From Candidatus Saccharimonadia bacterium (lineage in GTDB: Bacteria; Patescibacteriota; Saccharimonadia; UBA4664): a stretch of DNA of 64,000 nt. Below the pieces are notes generated by a model. That model had not been told where the DNA came from. It did not search any database and saw only the letters and a list, made by a program, of their open reading frames with translations. Shown in pieces: positions 18,653 to 23,958 of the stretch (positions are counted from its first letter, which is position 1; each line of letters starts with the position of its first letter). The stretch lies in assembly GCA_035544015.1 (NCBI GenBank), contig DATKIP010000093.1:345454-409453 (forward strand), in the 5' to 3' direction. A program made the translations under genes and the position numbers.

Positions 18653-19135
18653 GTGCTCACTCGTACCCCCACCAGGCCTCGATCAGGCAAGAGATCCAAG
18701 GCCGTGTGGGCGATTATTGCCATAGGGCTCCTGATCCTCGGACTCCAAGCCCTCTCCGCACCCAGCAATCGATCCGCACCCCACAGCGGCGCCACCCCTA
18801 CCACTACCCAAACCGCCGAAGTCATCGAACTCGGCGGCAACTGGAACAGCGTAGATGGTGACGTCAAGATCACCATCACCACCAACGGCCATGCGATCCC
18901 CTTGCCAGAAACCTTCCCCGGCAACCTCTACGACTGGAACCAACCACACGTGGTCGCTCCAGGCGACGAGGTGGTACTCAACATCAGGCCGGTCAACCCG
19001 CAAGACAAGCACTATACGATGTATTGCAAAATCTTCGGTCCGAACGGAATCCCGGTCGACGAACAGCCCGGCATCCACGACGACCATATCAACGACGGGG
19101 TCACCTGCTACTACCCGTTGCGGCCCAAGCCCTAG
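18653..19135 (+). CDS. small secreted Cys-pair protein, family member I
   Basis: RBS ggagga then GTG. Basic N-terminus plus AVWAIIAIGLLILGL. YCKIFGPNG...TCYYPL. Confidence 0.55.
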   Translation: MLTRTPTRPRSGKRSKAVWAIIAIGLLILGLQALSAPSNRSAPHSGATPTTTQTAEVIELGGNWNSVDGDVKITITTNGHAIPLPETFPGNLYDWNQPHVVAPGDEVVLNIRPVNPQDKHYTMYCKIFGPNGIPVDEQPGIHDDHINDGVTCYYPLRPKP

Positions 19136-19162
19136 CTGCCTTCACGAGGCGTGAGACGCCGG

Positions 19163-19197
19163 CCCCAGGATGGCACACCGAAGTGTCATCTTGGGGC
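19163..19197 (+). terminator. hairpin CCCCAGGATGG-loop-TCATCTTGGGG after member I (G-U containing stem as RNA)
   Basis: Seen in sequence. Confidence 0.35.
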
Positions 19198-19243
19198 ACG
19201 CCAGCATGAAACCCTCCACCCTTGATGCCCGAGGAGAACATCC

Positions 19244-19774
19244 GTGCGTACCACCGCTCAGCGCGCCCCCAGTAGGCTGCGCCAAACGCTGCTTGTCATC
19301 CTTGCCGGCGCGCTAGCGATCGGCATCGGAACCAACTTGCCAACCAGCCAATCCGCCACACCCCCAGCCGCACGACCCACCCGGCACCTCTCGGTCGTGC
19401 CGCAGCCCACAGTCAGCACCGAGCCCAGTGCCATCACGAGCGCACCGGTCGCCACGGGGCCCGAAGAGCGATGGTTCCATCTGCAAGGCCACTGGGACCT
19501 GCCGGCCAAGCCCGGCAAACCCCACGTTCGGGTTGTCATTACCGTCATCGTCTTGGGCTCCGCTCCCGACCCAACCCCCTCCGAGGACCCCTTCGGTAAC
19601 TTCGATAGTTGGGTATCCACCCCGGGCCCCGGCGTAATGCTTCGCATTGCCCCCAAAACGCCCGAGCCCCGCACCCCAAAGATGAGCTGCAGCATCCATG
19701 ACGAACATGACCTGCCCATCGGCATCGTCTACCCGGTGGATCGCACGGGCGGAGCGTTGTGCGTGGCCCGGTAA
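19244..19774 (+). CDS. small secreted Cys-pair protein, family member J
   Basis: RBS gaggag then GTG. RLRQTLLVILAGALAIGIG. Long P/T/A linker. SCSIHDEHD...LCVAR. Confidence 0.55.
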   Translation: MRTTAQRAPSRLRQTLLVILAGALAIGIGTNLPTSQSATPPAARPTRHLSVVPQPTVSTEPSAITSAPVATGPEERWFHLQGHWDLPAKPGKPHVRVVITVIVLGSAPDPTPSEDPFGNFDSWVSTPGPGVMLRIAPKTPEPRTPKMSCSIHDEHDLPIGIVYPVDRTGGALCVAR

Positions 19775-19803
19775 ATCGAGCTGAGCTCCACGAGGCACCA
19801 TAG

Positions 19804-19835
19804 CCCAGGACGGCCCACCGCCGGGCCGTCCTGGG
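19804..19835 (+). terminator. family hairpin CCAGGACGGCCCACCGCCGGGCCGTCCTGG
   Basis: Third copy of the A/B-type hairpin. Confidence 0.5.
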
Positions 19836-19897
19836 CTCTTGCCCAACCCGCTCCACGCTTGCATCCTCCACCTCCACCAGATACGGTAGGGAATACC

Positions 19898-20053
19898 ATG
19901 AAGAAAGCTGTCGTACTCATAATCGGCGTTCTGGTATATCTTTGGTTTCTCCAAGCAGCCCAAGACGTGGCCGCCAGCCAGCTCACCGAGCTCCAATACT
20001 TATACACAAGCTCAGGCGCTCAAGCCGCCGCCATTTCAAATCCCAACAGATAG
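19898..20053 (+). CDS. 51-aa small hydrophobic/secreted peptide (MKKAVVLIIGVLVYLWFLQAAQDVAAS...)
   Basis: RBS gggaa then ATG. Signal- or TM-like N-terminus. Codon usage is markedly lower GC3 than neighbouring genes. Followed by an AT-rich region carrying TGGTATAAT. Confidence 0.3.
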   Translation: MKKAVVLIIGVLVYLWFLQAAQDVAASQLTELQYLYTSSGAQAAAISNPNR

Positions 20054-20107
20054 CTCATCTACCCACCACTATTTCGTCAAAACACGCAGGGTAAATTTAT
20101 TATGCTC

Positions 20108-20120
20108 GTGGTATAATCAG
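20108..20120 (+). promoter_or_regulatory. extended -10 promoter TGGTATAAT upstream of member K (followed by CGGCTCGTAC)
   Basis: Consensus TGnTATAAT seen in sequence. Confidence 0.4.
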
Positions 20121-20273
20121 CCACTTTCGGCTCGTACAAATCTAGCGTCATCCCCAAGTTAATGGCCCTGCAACCACAATTATTGGCGTGTCAAAACCAC
20201 AGAGTTCCGATACAATGGTTCCCGGCTTGCGTGGCAAGCCCCGTCCCATACCCACCGCAGGAGGGATTGTGCA

Positions 20274-20771
20274 GTGGTTTTGACCGGGCAACGTCCATCA
20301 ACCCGACGACGAGGCATGCGCAGCGTAGTCACGACCGTGCTCATCGTTGCAGCCGTTCTGTGGGGACTGCCTAGGCTCAACCCCGACACGCAGACCTGCT
20401 CCGCCGTGGCACAAACCAGCTCCCAACCTCAAGGCGACTGCTCCACCGGACCCAAAATCCGATTCCGGCTCTCGTGGTCCGAAGCACCCGAAGGCCTGGT
20501 CGTCGAGTACTACGCCGACGGCCACGGCCTGGGCCCAACGCACCCCGACACTGCATACGACGAATGGGACGTCACGCTGCCGGGAACCGTCGGGTTCATT
20601 AGCCTCAGCGCCCCCAGAGGCTCCTACATCGGCTTCTTGAAGTGCCGGCTTTCAAACCCCGACACCAACGAGCAATACGACGCCGCCGAGTACTTCCCCG
20701 TGGATGGACCCCTACAGCAGCTGCCGAGCGGAAAATGGGGCATTGAATGCCACACGCCGGGCATAGCCTAA
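20274..20771 (+). CDS. small secreted four-Cys protein, family member K
   Basis: RBS ggaggg then GTG. VVTTVLIVAAVLWGL. TQTCS...GDCSTG and KCRLSNPDT...ECHTPG. Confidence 0.55.
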   Translation: MVLTGQRPSTRRRGMRSVVTTVLIVAAVLWGLPRLNPDTQTCSAVAQTSSQPQGDCSTGPKIRFRLSWSEAPEGLVVEYYADGHGLGPTHPDTAYDEWDVTLPGTVGFISLSAPRGSYIGFLKCRLSNPDTNEQYDAAEYFPVDGPLQQLPSGKWGIECHTPGIA

Positions 20772-20901
20772 CACCGGGTGAACCTCCATTCGCCTGATCA
20801 CTCCGGGATGGCCCAATGTCGCGCTATCCCGGAAGGTCCTAGAATTATCATTCTCATCTGCGCTAAAATCATGTGGTCCGCTGTTCGCCCGTCGAAAGGT
20901 A

Positions 20902-21399
20902 GTGTTCGTGACAACCACCCAGCGGCACCGGCCAAAAGCCCGGGGTAGCGGCAGGGTACTCCTGGCGATAGCCGGCCTCATCGCTGCCGTTATTGTCATC
21001 CCGTTCCCAGCCAAAACCCACCCCAACCCCGTCACTACGCCATCGGTAACCCCAGCCGGTCCCCGGGCAGTCGAATTCAAATTCGACGCCACCCTCACCG
21101 GACTGGCCCATACCGAGATCGAAACCGAGGTTGGTGGAGCCGCACAGCCGCATCCCAATATCATCACTCCCACCTGGGAGACCACTCGGCCAGGCACCGA
21201 GTACCAGTCGGCCGAGATGACGATCACGCCCCGGGAAACCACCAACCGGTCGCGCGTAACCGGCGTCAGAACCATCTGCCAAATCTTCGTGCGCATCCTC
21301 CCGAACGGCGCGTTCGAAGGCCAGGCCTACGTGCCCGGGTTTAGTGTGAATGAACAGATCACGTGCCGAGCACATCCACCCTACGCGCTAACCGGGTAG
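20902..21399 (+). CDS. small secreted Cys-pair protein, family member L
   Basis: GTG start (20902 or 20908), RBS gaaagg. VLLAIAGLIAAVIVI. ICQIFVRIL...TCRAHPP. Only 6 bp upstream of M (operon). Confidence 0.55.
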   Translation: MFVTTTQRHRPKARGSGRVLLAIAGLIAAVIVIPFPAKTHPNPVTTPSVTPAGPRAVEFKFDATLTGLAHTEIETEVGGAAQPHPNIITPTWETTRPGTEYQSAEMTITPRETTNRSRVTGVRTICQIFVRILPNGAFEGQAYVPGFSVNEQITCRAHPPYALTG

Positions 21400-21405
21400 G
21401 GCATC

Positions 21406-21933
21406 ATGCTCCGCACCCGCAGTCGCATCGCACCCGCAGTCCTCGCGCTCGCTGCTCTTGCTAGCTTTGCTTGGTTGGCCGCCGTGCCACATCCGCCGGC
21501 CAACCATGATGCCACCATCGTCATCTACTACCCAACCCCAGCCCAGGCCGACGCCGTACCGGCACCCCGACCGCCGACCACGATCGACGACGATCACGTC
21601 CGCTACTGGGCGGTGATCGAATGGGAGCGTTCTGCCGGCGTATCAATCGCCTACCTGATCGGACCAGTAGCGCCAGCCCCCACTACCGACAAACGGCCGG
21701 ATGGGGTCGAAAAAATTCTCATTACGGCACCTCGCGACAGCCTCATTCAGGTACATGTAGTGCCTCACCGGCTGCCTCGTGGAAACAGCTACGCCAGCCA
21801 ATGCGCCGTGTATCTCGTCACCCAGCTCGCACCGCTGGAAGACAACGAAAAGATACCGAACATGCGGGCCCACGACGTCACCACCCCCGGCAAAACCGGC
21901 ATCACCTGCACGCTCACAGCCACCGGCGTGTAG
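21406..21933 (+). CDS. small secreted Cys-pair protein, family member M
   Basis: ATG start. APAVLALAALASFAWLAAV. QCAVYLVT...TCTLTATGV. Confidence 0.55.
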   Translation: MLRTRSRIAPAVLALAALASFAWLAAVPHPPANHDATIVIYYPTPAQADAVPAPRPPTTIDDDHVRYWAVIEWERSAGVSIAYLIGPVAPAPTTDKRPDGVEKILITAPRDSLIQVHVVPHRLPRGNSYASQCAVYLVTQLAPLEDNEKIPNMRAHDVTTPGKTGITCTLTATGV

Positions 21934-21951
21934 CAATTGCCCGCCTCACAC

Positions 21952-21985
21952 CCCCAAGACGGCCCACTGTCGTGCCGTCTTGGGG
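21952..21985 (+). terminator. family hairpin CCCCAAGACGGCCCACTGTCGTGCCGTCTTGGGG
   Basis: Perfect inverted repeat. Sibling at 22552. Confidence 0.5.
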
Positions 21986-22069
21986 CCCTCCATCGCACTA
22001 ATACCACCACATGCGTTACAATAATCGGCGTCTCGTAAACCCAACCCGACCCGCAAAGGATGGCGCAAC

Positions 22070-22531
22070 GTGATCACCGGAACGAGAAGGAGGGGCCGGC
22101 TCCTCCTCGTCGTCCTAGCAGTCATCGGCCTCCTAGCCGGTGTAGCCGAGGGAATGGGGGCCTTCAGCCAGCAACGCACCCTCGTGCTCGTTGCCCAATG
22201 GACCAATACCCCAGGGGGCGTAGAGATCGATGCCGCAGCCAATGGCATTAAGCTGGACCCGACAGATCCCAGCTACACCACCGGTACCCCCCTCGACGCC
22301 GCTACAGGCTTCCGCAGGATCACCGTAACGGCCGCTTTCGCCCACATCATTGTCGGTAACGTCATACCCGCAATACGAATCGATAGCAGGGTCCGCTGCG
22401 CCGTCTTCGACCCCCAGATCAAAGCGCCACTTTTTTCAGATACTGTCACCGGACGAACCGGTGCCCAGGCTACCTGCTACTACAACGAGACGGTACGGCC
22501 AACACCGGCACCACCCACACCGACGAGATAA
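22070..22531 (+). CDS. small secreted Cys-pair protein, family member N
   Basis: GTG start. RRRGRLLLVVLAVIGLLAGVAEG. RCAVFDPQI...TCYYNETV. Upstream TACAATAAT...CGTCTCGTAA motif at 22013..22036. Confidence 0.55.
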   Translation: MITGTRRRGRLLLVVLAVIGLLAGVAEGMGAFSQQRTLVLVAQWTNTPGGVEIDAAANGIKLDPTDPSYTTGTPLDAATGFRRITVTAAFAHIIVGNVIPAIRIDSRVRCAVFDPQIKAPLFSDTVTGRTGAQATCYYNETVRPTPAPPTPTR

Positions 22532-22551
22532 CTCGCCGGCCACAACCACCC

Positions 22552-22583
22552 CCAAGACGGCCCACTGCGGCGCCGTCTTGGGC
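22552..22583 (+). terminator. family hairpin CCCAAGACGGCCCACTGCGGCGCCGTCTTGGG
   Basis: Perfect inverted repeat after N. Confidence 0.5.
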
Positions 22584-22656
22584 TCACCCCGCTCGCATAC
22601 AAAAAGACCCCGCCGCACCGAAGCGCTTGGGGGTCTTTTTGATCAGCCGGTAGCAA

Positions 22657-23265
22657 TTACCAGCTGTGGCGGGCGAGCCAGTGGCTGTAGGCGCTAGCCC
22701 AGGAGCCGAACCGGCCTACTGCGTAGGCGTTAGCCCAGCGCAGCTGCGTGACCGGGTTGGTCAGGTAGTCCGAACCAAACGGTGCCATTTTACTAGCAGG
22801 CATGGCCTGGCCGAGGCCGTACGCACCCGAGCCAGCGTAGTTGCTCTTGGTTACACCCCAACCACTCTCGTGGTCGATGATGTAGTCGACATAGCCAAAA
22901 TCTCGTTCGGCGATGCCGGCGGCTCGCATCCAGTCGGCGTGACTGCCAGCAATCTGGATCGTCACCACCGGGCGAGCTACTACCCGCTTGGCCGCAGCCT
23001 TGGCTTTCTCGGCCGCCAATTTGGCAGCCGCCTCAGCCTGGGCCTGAGCCGCGTGCAGGGGAGCGAGCACTTCGGCATCGTAGTCGGGCTTTTTAGGGCC
23101 GACTATCTCAACCGCCGAAGCAGTGTTGGTATTAAGTTTCACCTCGTAGACTCCAACGGCGCTGTCCGAAGACGTTGCCGTGGCGGCCACATCACTTAAG
23201 AAAGGAATGTGCACCTGAGAAGCTAGCAGCACCAGAGATGCCGCGAACTGCAAGATGTTACGCAT
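22657..23265 (-). CDS. secreted transglycosylase-like / lysozyme-like cell-wall hydrolase domain protein
   Basis: Signal peptide MRNILQFAASLVLLASQVHI. Ala/Lys-rich helical linker. C-terminal DYIIDHESGWGVTKSNYAGSGAYGLGQAMP...LRWANAYAVGRFGSWASAYSHW, resembling the transglycosylase-like (Rpf/SLT-type) fold. Confidence 0.5.
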   Translation of the reverse strand: MRNILQFAASLVLLASQVHIPFLSDVAATATSSDSAVGVYEVKLNTNTASAVEIVGPKKPDYDAEVLAPLHAAQAQAEAAAKLAAEKAKAAAKRVVARPVVTIQIAGSHADWMRAAGIAERDFGYVDYIIDHESGWGVTKSNYAGSGAYGLGQAMPASKMAPFGSDYLTNPVTQLRWANAYAVGRFGSWASAYSHWLARHSW

Positions 23266-23315
23266 GGGAGGGTCACCGAAGCAACCTCTTAGCCCTTTCG
23301 TTAATGGGTGTCACA

Positions 23316-23345
23316 AAAAATGACCCCGCAAAAGGGTCGTTTTGA
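23316..23345. terminator. orphan bidirectional hairpin-plus-T-tract (GACCCCGCAAAAGGGTC-GTTTT)
   Basis: Stem gaccc/gggtc flanked by A and T runs. No convergent gene ends here on either strand. Confidence 0.35.
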
Positions 23346-23595
23346 GTGAACGCGACGTAGTATATACCAATTACCTATTTTTGTCAATAGCATAAGCGGG
23401 TTAATCGGATAACTCCCGCCCCAACGAACCCGCGCCCTCGAGCATTCGAAGTCTAAAACTTAGACAAAATCTGCTCATCTACGCTCAAACTATCCCTCAA
23501 ATTCTAAACTTTAGACCACCCTCTACCCACATCCACCCGAAGGGGGAGTCAAAAATAACCCAAAGCAACCCGACAAAAAATGTTACAATATCCTT

Positions 23596-23958
23596 ATGCT
23601 TCTTGTGGCCTTTGTGCAGTGGTGGTACGGGCCCGGCTGGCGCGACGCCGCCGGCCGTTTGTTGGCGCGTATTCACGATACCTATCTGTTGTTTTCGGTT
23701 CCAAGCCTGCTCACTACCATGTTTGCCCCGTGGCGGCGCATTATTTCGTCACCCGGCCGCAGCATCGGCGACCGTGCCCGGGCCACACTCGACAACCTCA
23801 TTTCGCGGGTCGTCGGCTTCATCGTGCGACTCATCGCCCTTATCGCCGCCGGCGTCATCATCACGCTCTACCTCGTACTGGGCGGAATCCTCCTGCTCGT
23901 GTGGCCGGTGGCGCCGCTGCTGGGCCCCATCCTGATCGTAGGAGGATTAATCTTTTGA
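23596..23958 (+). CDS. small integral membrane protein (120 aa, Trp-rich, 3 predicted TM segments)
   Basis: MLLVAFVQWWYGPGW...LIALIAAGVIITLYLVLGGILLLVWPVAPLLGPILIVGGLIF. Its stop overlaps the TTG start of the downstream Clp-like gene. Confidence 0.5.
   Translation: MLLVAFVQWWYGPGWRDAAGRLLARIHDTYLLFSVPSLLTTMFAPWRRIISSPGRSIGDRARATLDNLISRVVGFIVRLIALIAAGVIITLYLVLGGILLLVWPVAPLLGPILIVGGLIF

Noticed and set aside
10700-22600. CRISPR array or diversity-generating retroelement explaining the repeated hairpins and variable genes
   Set aside because: The repeated hairpins fall into several different sequence classes, are irregularly spaced (0.5-0.8 kb) and each follows a protein-coding gene. No cas genes, reverse transcriptase or template repeat were found in the window.
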